Shown: positions 29,656-40,879 of the stretch, piece after piece
How positions within the stretch are numbered: the stretch's first letter is position 1
How the letters are laid out: every line of letters begins with the position of its first letter
Notes under the pieces: generated by a model
The model's input: only the letters and a program-made list of their open reading frames with translations
Told to the model about the DNA's origin: nothing
The model's database searches: none
Position numbers and translations under genes: made by a program
From: Andalucia godoyi And28
Lineage: Eukaryota > Protista > Jakobida
DNA length: 64,000 nt
Direction of reading: 5' to 3'
NCBI GenBank assembly: GCA_009859145.1
Contig: VRVR01000046.1
Coordinates: 1 to 64,000 of the forward strand

Positions 29656-32600
29656 TTAAGAGGAGAGAACATGAATAATCGCCTCAATGAGAAGAGCACC
29701 CTGTCCTTGAATGATGTCCTTCTTGGGATCCGAGATTTTTGAGACAAGACAATCGTTCAGCTTTTCGCGCAGACCTCTGATCGTTTCAGCATCCTTGGCT
29801 TCCATATCCACGTGAATCCAGTCATCAATTTCAACGACACGCATGTGGCTCTTAGGTCGGACGTCGCTCGCAAAGAACAACAACGGAAACGCAGAAACGG
29901 GCGTGACATCACGAATGTACACTTGGCTCGTCATCATCTTCTCATAATAAACAAGAAATCGCTGACTGGGCGGAATTTTAGAACCCGCGAGCACGGAACT
30001 CGGATGCAATTGAATCTTCTCTGCAGCATTCCTGGTCTTGAAAAAACTTCCATTCGCAGCCTCTGCTCGTTTGACATCCTTCTTTTTGCTGGACGTCGCG
30101 ATAGCTGGGACACCAGCGCTCACAATGTTCGGATACAACCCCGCAACGAGAACAGCTTTCACGGCATGGATGTTGCAGCTGTTCTTATTGTAGCGAGCAC
30201 CGCCAACCTCCACATAGAGCTGATTCCCATCAGGCCATCGCATCTCGTTCAAATTAACTTCGCCCATGTCCCTCGCCGTAACGAATCCAATCTCACAAAG
30301 AAGATCAAACAGCTGCTTCTTTGTTTTCTCCATCTCCACAAACACCTTGCGAACAAGAAAATGGCGTCGCAAGTAGTCGTTCTCCTTCTTGTTAACCTGC
30401 GAAAATCGCCACCCTGAATACGCATGAACAAGAATAAGATGGTCTGAATAGTCGCAGATCGACTTCTTCACTCGTTGCAGAGCGTCCCTGGCGTCAAACG
30501 GGGCGGAAAAGGGAGACTTGTCTGACAACCCTGCAGCCATCGTCAATATCGGATCCAGACACTGAAACATGGCCGCATACAAAATCATCTTTCCGATGCG
30601 AACATCGACCGGCAACTGGGCAATCCAGTATCCTAGGGATGTGACATTCTGTTTTTCATCCATGGCTCCAATCGTGCACAGAGTGTCTATTGAAGCTCGA
30701 ATCGCTTTGGGCCGCGGCATGTCAACGGCCTTCTTCAAGAACTCTTCTGGAGCACCAAAGCCCAGTGTTTGTACCTGCAAACACAAGTTTTCAAGGGGAA
30801 CCCGGAGAATTTCAGGAATGCTGTACTCTCGCATTGCCTTTTCAAAAGTGTGCGTCGAGAACATCCGAAAGCAGTATCCCGGACGAACACGCCCGGCTCG
30901 TCCTGTTCTTTGTTTCACACCTGCTCTAGAAGTCCAGCATTCAACAAGACTGGGCAGTTTTGAAGATGCATCATACCGTGTTTCCTTTGTCTTCCCTGTG
31001 TCAATAACAAAGACGATATCATCAATGGTCACAGATGTTTCGGCGATGTTCGTCGACAGCACAATCTTCCTGAGACCCTTCCGTACCGGTTCAAAAACTC
31101 GGCTTTGTTCAGAGAGTGACAACGTCGAATGCAGCGGTAAAATCACGGCTTTCTCGGCTTCCAATTCATCGTACAATGTCGAAATTTCCAGGATACCAGG
31201 AAGGAAAATGAGAATTCCTCCCTCAACATGCGAAAACTTGCTCTGGATGTGTGAAACGGTTCTCTGAATCAATTCATAATTCACCACCGACTCGTCAATG
31301 ATTTGAAGAGTCGTGTTTGCGTATCCCTTTTCCTCTCGATCCCGGACGGGAAGCACATACGGGGATTCCTTGACATCGTCCAGACGATAGTTCGTCATGT
31401 CAACCACGTCTTCTAAAAAGAAGTTTTGCACAGGATGCGTAAACCCCGGAATATGCAAGCACGGACAACCGTGAAAATACTGTGCAAACTGATCCGCATT
31501 CAGCGTCGCACTCATTAAGATAATCTTCAGATCCTTCCTGCGCAGCATCAATTCTCGCAGGATGATCAGCAGGAAATCGCTATCAAGGGAGCGCTCATGA
31601 ATCTCATCCACAATAACATGAGAGACGCCTTGCAATTCCAGGTCTGCATGCATTCGTCGCAAAAGGACGCCGGTAGTGAAGAACAGCAACTGGGAGCGAC
31701 GAGGATCGTATTTTGCATCCAGCCGCACGGAGTATCCGACTTCTTGACCAACTGCGTCCGCTCTTTCCTGCGCAACACGCTCCGCAACAGATACTGCCGC
31801 AATCCTGCGAGGCTGCGTGCATACAATCCGGCATTCGGATCCACGATTCGACGCAAGATAGTCATCGAGAATGAATTGACCGATTTGGGTCGTCTTTCCA
31901 GAACCAGTTTCGCCACTGATAACAGTAACCTGGTTCTCGCGAACCGTCTTTGCAATGATGTCTTTCAACTGGAACGCAGGCAACTTCATTCGCTTTTGAA
32001 GAATGTCTTTGTATGCCTTCTTTTGCAACATTGATTCGTAGTCGCGCTTCAAATCTGCAGAATGCGGAAGCTGTGGGAACCCTACAGGGGCGTCGGATTG
32101 ATTCGATCGTGCACCAGGAGGGCCTTTGGGTCTTTTCTCATTCTTCCTGCGCGATGGCGCCGCAGCGGGTTGTTGAGTTGGTGCCGATTCCTGCTCTACT
32201 TCGTCCTTTAGCAAATTCGACTTTTCTTCCTCCTCCTCATTCTTTAAATCTTCCTTGTTTTCCATCACCCAGCTGATGCTGTCGAAGACCCGCTGTTCGG
32301 AACACAATGATTCCTGCAATTCCGCTTGCAACGCGTAGTTGGTGCGGAGGCAAAGTCCTGGTGATTCGAGATGCGATACTAATACCAGAGGAGGATCACA
32401 CGGATATTCCAGGTACTCGGGATAGTACACAGTCAGGGAAAACTCGTCCAAATTGAGACGACACAGGTTCTGTGTGATGATCACAAACTGCTCGCCGTAC
32501 ACTGCAGACAGAGCACCTTGCTCTTCAACAATCTTTTCAGCGGCTGCACTTGCCGCAGCAGGATCTAGCGTCTCGTCGTCAGCACTCGACTGACCTGCGC

Positions 32601-33305
32601 CACCAACATCTGCAGCATCCGGAGCATCCGGAGCGTCCTCTTGAGGAGGCGTGAACACGATTCCCAAAATTCTATACACATCCAAATCATCCTGCAAGTC
32701 AATCTCCTGGTTGCACACAAGCTTGAACGAATGATCTTCGTTCAATCCAAACTCTTTCAGACGATACTGGAAATCCACCAGCCTCTTGTACACTTCCAAA
32801 CCATTCGGATCCACGTCCTCCATATCTGCCCTGTCCACCAAGCACTGCAGAATATGGAATCTTGAGAAGGCGTCCAGACTTTCTCGCTCCGCACGCTCAA
32901 TATCCGCAAGACGGAACCCCAAGGATCGCAGTTCCTCTGAAATCCGATTCCGCAAATCATCATTCAGTCGCTTATTGCGCAGCACTGTAATCTCTTTTTT
33001 CTTTCGAGGCTTTGCAATGGAACTGACTAGCATCTGCAGACTGGTCGAGTTTTCATCATCCTGCAAGGAATTCAGCAAATGCCGCATGAACTCCTTGTTT
33101 CCTTCTGTCAATCCAATGGACTACTCAACGCAATAAGCAAACGAGGAAGAAGGAAAAGCAACATGCCGCGCATTAAGTGATCATTAGAGGAAATCCACGC
33201 ATGTGACAGTACTAAGTCAGCGAAAAGACATACCTGAGCCCCACGAGACTTGTGTCCTCGTTTTTGCTTCTCAAACCAATTCTTCGTTTTACGACCACCA
33301 CCCAT
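29656..33305 (-). CDS. DHX57: DEAH-box RNA helicase with UBA-like and RWD domains (DHX57/YLR419W-like); intron 33121-33233
   Basis: GETGSGKTTQ, CTQPRRIAA, VDEIHER, MSAT, STNIAETSVTID and QRTGRAGR, with an RWD-like segment (EQGALSAVYGE...YPEYLEYPCDPP). Exon 1 (MGGGRKTK...RGAQ) joins in phase 0 through a GTATGT...CTAAT...TAG intron. Confidence 0.88.
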
Positions 33306-33769
33306 GACGCACGCAGACTGTTCTGATTGATCGATTGACTTATTATTATTTTTTTTAAAAAATATTATTTCAAAAAAGAAATGTATAGCAGAGTTCCAGC
33401 ACAACAAGAAGCAAGGCGCAAAAGCAGTGGAGAAAGCAGCAGCAAATAATCCAAAAGTAGCAATAATTATACGTAATCATCATCTTCGAATGAAACACAA
33501 AGAAACAGGTTTCACAATCCTCGAGGTAACTTGAGGTTGTGTCGCTGTTCCTTGGAAAATTGTCAGCGAGACGGAAGCTTGATTGTGTGTGCTTGATACT
33601 GCATGTTTCTGCTTCGGGTCTGTCATTCCCAGTCAGCGTCTTCATCCTTCCAAAGGCTCGCTTGGATTGGATTATGATTCTCTATATATTTTTTTCTTCC
33701 TTATTTCATATATATTTTTTCTTCTGTTTTCTTTGTTCTTTTAACTTTCATCACATAACATTGTGAAGA

Positions 33770-34276
33770 ATGCTTCGTAGAGTTTTCATTGCATCCAGAC
33801 GCTTTTCGACAGATGCCGAGTCTGCGACGAAGAGCTATGCGGTCGAGAAGGCAGCGTTTGAAAGTGCGATGAAACCGCTTCGAGAGCAGTTCCGCCGCGA
33901 ATCTCAACAACTCTCGTCTGACATATCCACTGCAAAACGCACTCGGACTCTCCAGGTTCAAAAGCTGCGAAATGCATCCTCTGCAAATGCAAACTCGTTG
34001 TTCCTGATGCAAAAGGCAATGGACAAGAAGCTGTTTGAGATGGCTGAGAAGACTCGAATTGAGCAAAAACCGATCATTGCACAGCGAAAACTCCAGTTCA
34101 AGGAAAAAATGATCAGGGATCGCCAGGATCGCCAGGCGCTGCAACTTGCGACTCTGCAAAAACAGAGCGAATCGTGGATTGCTCCAGACCGCGTCAACGA
34201 GGCAATCGACGAGGCGCTTGCAAAGGAGGTGACCTACGACATTGGATTCGATTTTTCGAAGCGAAAGACTGCTTGA
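33770..34276 (+). CDS. MRPS26: Mitochondrial small-subunit ribosomal protein mS26-like
   Basis: Presequence-like MLRRVFIASRRFST, a long coiled coil, and a C-terminal SWIAPDRVNEAIDEALAKEVTYDIGFD that resembles the mS26 motif FIT.E.L...I..AL....YN. Confidence 0.68.
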   Translation: MLRRVFIASRRFSTDAESATKSYAVEKAAFESAMKPLREQFRRESQQLSSDISTAKRTRTLQVQKLRNASSANANSLFLMQKAMDKKLFEMAEKTRIEQKPIIAQRKLQFKEKMIRDRQDRQALQLATLQKQSESWIAPDRVNEAIDEALAKEVTYDIGFDFSKRKTA

Positions 34277-34423
34277 AAAATGATGAGTTTTTGGTCGTCG
34301 TCCAGCTTTTATTTAGATGATGATGTTTTCTTAAATTAAAACAATAATAAAGAAAGAAGAAAAAGAAAAACGGATTATTTGTTTGAATTTCGTTGGCGCT
34401 GTTGATGACGCACGGCGTTTGCA

Positions 34424-34877
34424 TCATCGGGAATTCGACAGCAGGGCAGTGGAGCCGGGACCCGTGATTGCTGGTCGAAACAGCGGAGACCTTTTCCAGG
34501 CCTTGTACTCGTCCATATTGTCTACATACTTGCGACTGGGATCGTACGTCCATTTGGGAGTGTGCGGAATCCGCAGTCTTTTCAGTGCGAAATACAAGAC
34601 CTTTTCACCGAGTCGGCTACATTTGGCACACATACATATATGCATGCATGCATGCAAGCGTGCATATACACAGACTTAGTATGGGACTTTGTGGCGTTTC
34701 GATAAACCTTGCTGGAACAAGAGCGTGCACAAGCATCGGCAATTGGGAAGGAGGCCACAGGAGGGGAAGGAGGAGGAAGAAGAAGACATACAATACAAAC
34801 CATCCTGCAACGGACAGCCGGAACAGCAGACGCGGTAGATCAGAAGGGGATCCAGAAGGCCGCAATGCAGACGACAT
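34424..34877 (-). CDS. Mitochondrial ribosomal protein mS33 (Rsm27)-like; predicted introns 34712-34800 and 34617-34675
   Basis: The three-exon join (77+36+193 nt) gives MSSALRP...LFRLSVAGCKVYRNATKSHTNRLGEKVLYFALK. This has the K(V/I)(Y/F)x9RxGxK(V/I)L spacing I recall for Rsm27/mS33. The donors (GTTTGT, GTCTGT) are weak. Confidence 0.55.
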
Positions 34878-35209
34878 TTGCGTGCGCGATGGGACAACAG
34901 ACTGCTCCAGGTCTGGTTCAATACGCGTTCGGTGCTCGGAAGATGCTCGTTACCAGTTCCGTCCGTCATCCTTTTTGCGAGAAGAGTGAAAGGACGTTCC
35001 CGAGCTTTCCCAACAGCTCAACTCAAGTGTCCTCGTTGACGAAAGGGGTACGATCCGCGTGAATCGGAGCAAAGGAAAAACACAAAAGCGCAAAAAGTGT
35101 CAGACGACGGAGCTTGCTTTTCGTACATGACTTGAAAGGGAGAACTGGACGGATTGCGTACAAACAAGAATTGACAATTGCAAGAAGAAGCGAGAAGCGA
35201 GTAAGAATA

Positions 35210-36154
35210 ATGCTTCGCGGATTGGCGGTTCGTCGTGCATTTGGATATGCGAGGCGCAATTGGAGTCGAATGCCGCCGCCATCCGAAGACCCTACGTCTC
35301 AAATTCCCAAATTATTTCATTCCTCCTCCTCCTCCTCCTCCTCATCATCATCATCATCACCATCATCAGCCTCTTCTTCTTCTTCTTCGTCGTCGTCGTC
35401 GTCGTTTGACACGAATGCTTCGAATGCATTTTCCCAGAATTCGTCGTTCCGCCCGCCTCCAATGACCGATATCCATCTGCTGTCTTCGTCCTCGTTCCGT
35501 GTTGCTCGATGCTACGAGCCGATGCAGGTCATGTTTGGATGGGAGATTTCTAATTATTATAATATTTTTGGCGCAGACGGACAGCTTGTTGGAAGCATTG
35601 TGGAGCAGTCTCAGTTCTTCTCCTTTCTTATGCGAAACCTGATGCGAAACCGACGTCCGTTTACCTGCGCGATTACGTCTCCAACTGGCGAGTTCCTGTT
35701 CAAAGTGAAGCGCAACTTTTACTTTGTCAATTCAACATTGGAAGTCTTTGATGCAAACGATCAGCGGATTGGTGTGGTCGAGCAGGAGTGGCATCTGTTC
35801 CGAAGAAAATACAACTTCTTCATGTTTGACAGCTACATTGGGTCCGTCGACGCCCCGATTCTTTCGTGGGAATTCAATGTGGTGCATCCCGAGGTTGGAT
35901 GGGTAGGAACCGTCGACCGAAACTTTACAAACTTTGCCGTCGAGATCTTCACCGACTCGGGACAGTATGCAGTCCATCTGAACCCGCCCCTGGTCGATGC
36001 CCACGGCCCTGCGTACAGCATGGCATTTCGGGCGCTAATGCTGGGCGCTGCCATCCAGATCGATTTCAACTACTTTTCGCATTCGTCAGGTCGTGGTGGA
36101 CTGTTCACATTCCCGCTTATCGGAGGAATCTTTGGCTCCTCGCACAACGAGTAA
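35210..36154 (+). CDS. Phospholipid scramblase family protein (AIM25-like, probably mitochondrial)
   Basis: Arg-rich presequence MLRGLAVRRAFGYARR and a poly-Ser linker, then EPMQVMFGWEISNYYNI...RRPF...EQEWHLFRRKYNFF...FTDSGQY...RALMLGAAIQIDFNYFS. Confidence 0.85.
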   Translation: MLRGLAVRRAFGYARRNWSRMPPPSEDPTSQIPKLFHSSSSSSSSSSSSSPSSASSSSSSSSSSSFDTNASNAFSQNSSFRPPPMTDIHLLSSSSFRVARCYEPMQVMFGWEISNYYNIFGADGQLVGSIVEQSQFFSFLMRNLMRNRRPFTCAITSPTGEFLFKVKRNFYFVNSTLEVFDANDQRIGVVEQEWHLFRRKYNFFMFDSYIGSVDAPILSWEFNVVHPEVGWVGTVDRNFTNFAVEIFTDSGQYAVHLNPPLVDAHGPAYSMAFRALMLGAAIQIDFNYFSHSSGRGGLFTFPLIGGIFGSSHNE

Positions 36155-36470
36155 AAACCCATTATCCACATCATTGCACAGGTCTCCAGTCTTAGTGGCT
36201 GAAACCGTAAAACGTCTGAAGAAAAATGTTACGACCCAAGTCGATTTTCATGCGAACTCGTGCTTTGAATATGTTGGAAGCTTTGCGCGTGTTCTCCCTC
36301 CTTTTTATCGTTGTAGGTTCTCAATGACAAGTAGTTTTTTGCTCCTTGCGCTGTCGCAGAAGTCCCAGCATGTCGGAATGTCGAGGGAAGGGCGAGATGC
36401 AGCGTGTGCGCAGTCGTTGAGCAAGGAGGATATGTGCAGCACTCATCATTCTCATGATGGCCACCTTCGG

Positions 36471-36938
36471 TCACCCATTCGCGCACGAGTCGCCTTCGTG
36501 GCACAGCGCGGTGCACCGACGGTTGTTCTTGATGCATGGACAGTGTGAGTTGGAGCATTTCTTTTTCGCTCTCCTACAGTTACAGAAGCGCGGTCCATCG
36601 TTTGACAATATCGGCTCGACACCCGTTGAATGCTTCATCCCAGCTTCGGAGACGGATATCGTTTCCACTGTCTCTTGGCTTTGGTATTTTTGGAACATGG
36701 CTCGAAGTTGCGCATCTTGGTTTGTTCCTTTGGGAGCAAGTGCCACGAGAGCAGAAGACTTCATCGCAGGCTCAACTAGCTTTCCTTCAAAGAGGACCTT
36801 GTACGGATCCATTGGCTTTCCTGTTCTTCGGTTGCGCATCCGCTCTGCGACAACTCCAGGCTGTCTCACTGTCTTCGAAAGCAGATCATGATCGCGACAC
36901 GGTACTGTGGATGAGCTTGGTGCACAGCGCTCAGTCAT
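36471..36938 (-). CDS. ORF ending in a CXC/TCR-like Cys9-His zinc cluster; 5' structure uncertain, possibly TE-derived
   Basis: C-terminal CNCRRAKKKCSNSHCPCIKNNRRCTALCHEGDSCANG. The frame stays open upstream to 37058 (includes CDAC), where a TAG could be a splice acceptor or a stop. Confidence 0.5.
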   Translation of the reverse strand: MTERCAPSSSTVPCRDHDLLSKTVRQPGVVAERMRNRRTGKPMDPYKVLFEGKLVEPAMKSSALVALAPKGTNQDAQLRAMFQKYQSQETVETISVSEAGMKHSTGVEPILSNDGPRFCNCRRAKKKCSNSHCPCIKNNRRCTALCHEGDSCANG

Positions 36939-37994
36939 GTTGAGTAGTTGTCGGATCGAAAGCAAGAAGAATTGCAGAGGACCACTTGTTGACTTCTTTT
37001 CGCAAGCATCGCATTCAAAGATGAATGTGATGTTGACAGTAGAAAACCCGGGATCTCCCTAGCCCTGGTCTATCACCGCCGCCATCGAGGATTGCAGCAA
37101 ACACGTCATAGATATCCAAATTCTGTCTACGCAATCTCTGAAAAGACATCAGGAAAGGAGCAGAAGTACAAGAAAACACCAGGTGCAAAACACCACAGCA
37201 GCAAACGGGTCCGCAGGACGATTGACGGGATGTGGAGATGACGGTTTCACTGCACAAGTGCTTCTGGCTGCACAATTCCTCGACATGAGTTGAGCGGGAG
37301 CGGAATTAGTGCTGCTGGACATCAGCGAGCTCGTTTCTGTGCTCTGAGCACAACGGCTGCGCAAAACGGAAGACTTGTGCAGAATCAGCAGGATGCCTGC
37401 CAAACGTGTATCCAATGCACGATCTTGCTTCTGAGAGCAGTCCGTCGATGCGGGCGCATACCGATGCACCAAATACATGAACACCACAGAGAAAAACAGA
37501 AATGAATGATGATTTTATGACCTAATTAATCAAAAAACACAACTCTGCAGGGAGGCAGCCAAAAGCGACGATTTTTGACATACAAAGAGATCTTGTTGTG
37601 GAGGTTACCATTAGCGTGAGCATGTTCTTTTCTCGAGTATTTGCCCTCCAACCCAAAGCCTCTCCAAACATTTGGCTCGCATCATCGATTACAAGGAATC
37701 AGCTCTCAATATTCGATAGTGTCTCATTGGGCCTCGACCTGCACGCTTACGCCGCCGCGACAGCAACCGGTAGCAGCAGTTTGCAAAAGAAAAAGGTCGG
37801 TCTTTATTCAACAGCACTCTCGACAGCTGTAAGACTTAGCTATTCTGTCCGATGATTCATCATAGCCGTCCGCCAGTCGTTTGGGTTGAAAGGCTATAAA
37901 GTCTTTCATTCATTTGTTTCTTACCGTACACATACTGAACAACATGCAGTAAGAACTGCCAATTATTTTAATCTAAAAAAATAATAGATTCTGT

Positions 37995-37995
<1 letters not shown>

Positions 37996-38028
<33 letters not shown>

Positions 38029-38045
38029 GTCTATCTATCTATCTA

Positions 38046-38077
<32 letters not shown>
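37996..38077 (+). repeat. Compound (TATC)n-(TA)n microsatellite
   Basis: Ends about 6 nt before the alpha-mannosidase ATG. Confidence 0.95.
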
Positions 38078-38079
<2 letters not shown>

Positions 38080-38083
38080 CACG

Positions 38084-40771
38084 ATGTTGCGGGCGTTTGG
38101 GCTTGTTGCTGTGGTGGTGTTTGTGGGGAGTCTGCTTTGCGTATGCTTGTCGACGCCGCTCACCGTCCATCTGATTCCGCACAGCCATTGCGATGTTGGT
38201 TACCGTACGACCGCCTCAGCATATGCTGTTCTTGTGGACCAGATCTTGCGATCGGTGACTTCCGATCTGATGGAGAATCCGCTGCACAAGTTCAACTGGG
38301 TTGAGATCTACTACCTCCAGCATTGGTGGCAAACCACAACGGACGAGTTCCGCTCCGATTTTGCATCGCTCGTGAAACAAGGTCGAATTGAGCTGATTTT
38401 GTCAGGTTACGTCATGCAAGACGAAGCAATCACGTACTATGCGGCCGACATTGACCAGATGACGGTGGGCCATCAGTGGGTGCTTCAGACGTTTGGCGTG
38501 ACTCCAAAGTATGGCTGGCAAATTGATCCGTTTGGGGCGTCGTTGTTCACACCGACGCTGTGGTCGAAAGCCGGGTTCAAAGCCATGGTCTTAAACAGAA
38601 TGAACTACTATACAAAGGATGCGCTGAAAGCAAATCAAACCCTGGAGTTCTGGTGGACGCCAGATGCATCGCGCCCGCAGGAAACTGTTTTTGCACATGT
38701 CCTTGATTCCCACTACATCCCACCAGACGGCTTCGACTGGGAATTCAATTTGCCCTTTGAGAATCCTCCTATCACGGATGCGAATGTCGCCAATCGCTCT
38801 GCTGTTTTTGCATCCATCATGTATCAGCGGGCGGCGTGGTTTCGGTCTTCGAATCTGCTTGTGCCCTTTGGCAGTGACTTTCGATTCGTCGATGCTGGCT
38901 GGCAGTTCTTCAACATGGACCACATCATCGAGTACATCAATTCCCATCCGGAATTCAATATGACTCTCCAATACTCCACTCTCAATGACTACTTCTCAGT
39001 TGTGATGGCTGAACCGGCGACCGTGTCATTTCCTAAACGCATTGGCGGAGACTTTCAGCCGTACGTAGAGAGCCCAAAGGGAAAGTACTGGGGCGGGTTT
39101 TATCGCAGCTATCCGAACCTGAAGATTGCTTCTCGGTATGCAGATTCTGTTGCAAGGGCAGCCGATGTACTCTACTCAGGTGCTCATGTCTTGCACAACA
39201 CAACCGGATTGGTTGCGTCCATGGTCTACGCTCGCGAGCAGAACGCTATTTTGCAGCATCATGATGCCATGCCGGGCACATGCATGGCGTATGTCGTCTT
39301 GGACTATCTGAGCCTCCTTTCCGAAGGAAGAGCCTCCTCGGCAAAGGCTGCCTCGGCATCATTGCAGGCACTGTTGGGAACCACTGCCACATTCAGTGTT
39401 GCGGATCCAGAGAATGTCATATCCCAAACGACATACTTTTCACTTGTCAATCCGCTGTCCGTGGCCAGAGACGAAATGATGAAGTTCGTGGTGAGCTCTC
39501 CGAATGTTCGTGTCTACATGGCAGATGCCACCTCCGCTGAACTTTCTTCTGACGTGATGCCCTCGTATACTGCGAAGGGGCAATACGCCGTTTGGTTTTC
39601 TGTTTCGCTTGCTGCGTCTTCTGTCACCAGCATCCGGCTTCAGTTTGATTCGTCCGCCGTGCGGTCTCCGGTCGCATGCTCAAAGCCGGATACGAATTCG
39701 GATTACTCCATTTCAAACGGTCAGCTCACGATTCATTTTAACGGAACCTCCCAGTCCATGTCTTCCATCGTCAGCACGCATCCAAACAACGCTTTTGCGG
39801 TTCGCATGACCTCCAAGTTCGGCATCTACGAAAATACCACGGACGACGATGTTTACGGATTTCGACCAATGCATATGGCAGTGACGGCTCATTCTTGGGT
39901 TGGCTCGGAGGTCTGCACGGGATCGATGGTGTCGGAAGTTCGACAGACGAATGCTTACAGTGGAATCCTGCACACGATTCGCACTTTTTCGAAAGTCGAT
40001 CAGGATTCGTTCGACGTTGCATACACCGTTGGGCCAATTCCTGTGTGGACGAACGTGATCTATCGACTGGATTCTGCAGACATCCTCAACCAAGACGGCA
40101 CTTTTGTTACGGACGACAATGGTTTCTATACGATGCAGCGGAATCCGGCAAATGGAGAAGAACCGGTAAAGAGTATCGGTGGAATGTTCTTGCCCGCGTC
40201 TGCGTACTTCAGGCTGGAAGGTACTGCTGCTTCGAAGGAGCAAGTTTCTGTGTTTGTTGGCGCTCCAACAGGTGTGGCCTCCATGCGTCCTGGGTGGCTG
40301 GAATTTCTGATCCACCGCAGGATGAACATTCCCTCCCGAGGAGATGACACCACAATTGTGAATGATCACGCAAAAATTCTCGTCTCTTCAGGACCGTATC
40401 GGGAGTCCCGAGAGAAATGGATCCAGCAGCGAACAGCATTCCCTGTCATCTCCTTTGCTTCCGATTCGGCACTAGCCCACAATGGCCTGTCGATATTGCA
40501 GGGGGCCGCGAGCTTCCCGAATGTGAACGTCCTTTCGTTGCAGGTCGGCGAGGAAACCAGCTCGAGTCCGTCCGTGTGGATCCGTCTTGAGAATTTAGAC
40601 GAGGTGAACTCGGTGGATGTCGATTTTGAAGCGCTTTTTGGCGCAGTGAAGTTTCTCGCAATCCAAGAGATGTCCATAACGTTCACCCATCCTCTCTCCC
40701 CTGCCTCCTCTAGTTTCAAAACGATTCTTGCTCGTCGCGACATTCGGTCCTTTGCGTTGTATTTGGCATGA
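38084..40771 (+). CDS. Lysosomal-type alpha-mannosidase (GH38)
   Basis: Signal peptide; VHLIPHSHCDVGY (Zn), GWQIDPFG (nucleophile), PFGSDF (acid/base), QHHDAMPGT, FVTDDNG and LEFLIHRR. Confidence 0.95.
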   Translation: MLRAFGLVAVVVFVGSLLCVCLSTPLTVHLIPHSHCDVGYRTTASAYAVLVDQILRSVTSDLMENPLHKFNWVEIYYLQHWWQTTTDEFRSDFASLVKQGRIELILSGYVMQDEAITYYAADIDQMTVGHQWVLQTFGVTPKYGWQIDPFGASLFTPTLWSKAGFKAMVLNRMNYYTKDALKANQTLEFWWTPDASRPQETVFAHVLDSHYIPPDGFDWEFNLPFENPPITDANVANRSAVFASIMYQRAAWFRSSNLLVPFGSDFRFVDAGWQFFNMDHIIEYINSHPEFNMTLQYSTLNDYFSVVMAEPATVSFPKRIGGDFQPYVESPKGKYWGGFYRSYPNLKIASRYADSVARAADVLYSGAHVLHNTTGLVASMVYAREQNAILQHHDAMPGTCMAYVVLDYLSLLSEGRASSAKAASASLQALLGTTATFSVADPENVISQTTYFSLVNPLSVARDEMMKFVVSSPNVRVYMADATSAELSSDVMPSYTAKGQYAVWFSVSLAASSVTSIRLQFDSSAVRSPVACSKPDTNSDYSISNGQLTIHFNGTSQSMSSIVSTHPNNAFAVRMTSKFGIYENTTDDDVYGFRPMHMAVTAHSWVGSEVCTGSMVSEVRQTNAYSGILHTIRTFSKVDQDSFDVAYTVGPIPVWTNVIYRLDSADILNQDGTFVTDDNGFYTMQRNPANGEEPVKSIGGMFLPASAYFRLEGTAASKEQVSVFVGAPTGVASMRPGWLEFLIHRRMNIPSRGDDTTIVNDHAKILVSSGPYRESREKWIQQRTAFPVISFASDSALAHNGLSILQGAASFPNVNVLSLQVGEETSSSPSVWIRLENLDEVNSVDVDFEALFGAVKFLAIQEMSITFTHPLSPASSSFKTILARRDIRSFALYLA

Positions 40772-40879
40772 TGTTTTTTTTGTTTTTTTATTTTTTAAGT
40801 CTTTCTTCTTCCCTTCTTTGTTCGTTGTTTCCGGCGCAAGGGTTAGGGTTTATGTTCGTTCTTTTAGTAGTTCTGATCA

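Noticed and set aside
33370-33645. 91-aa minus-strand ORF with a Cys-rich hydrophobic tail
   Set aside because: It lies in the T-rich promoter region between DHX57 exon 1 and mS26, where hydrophobic and Cys codons arise from base composition. No family motif.
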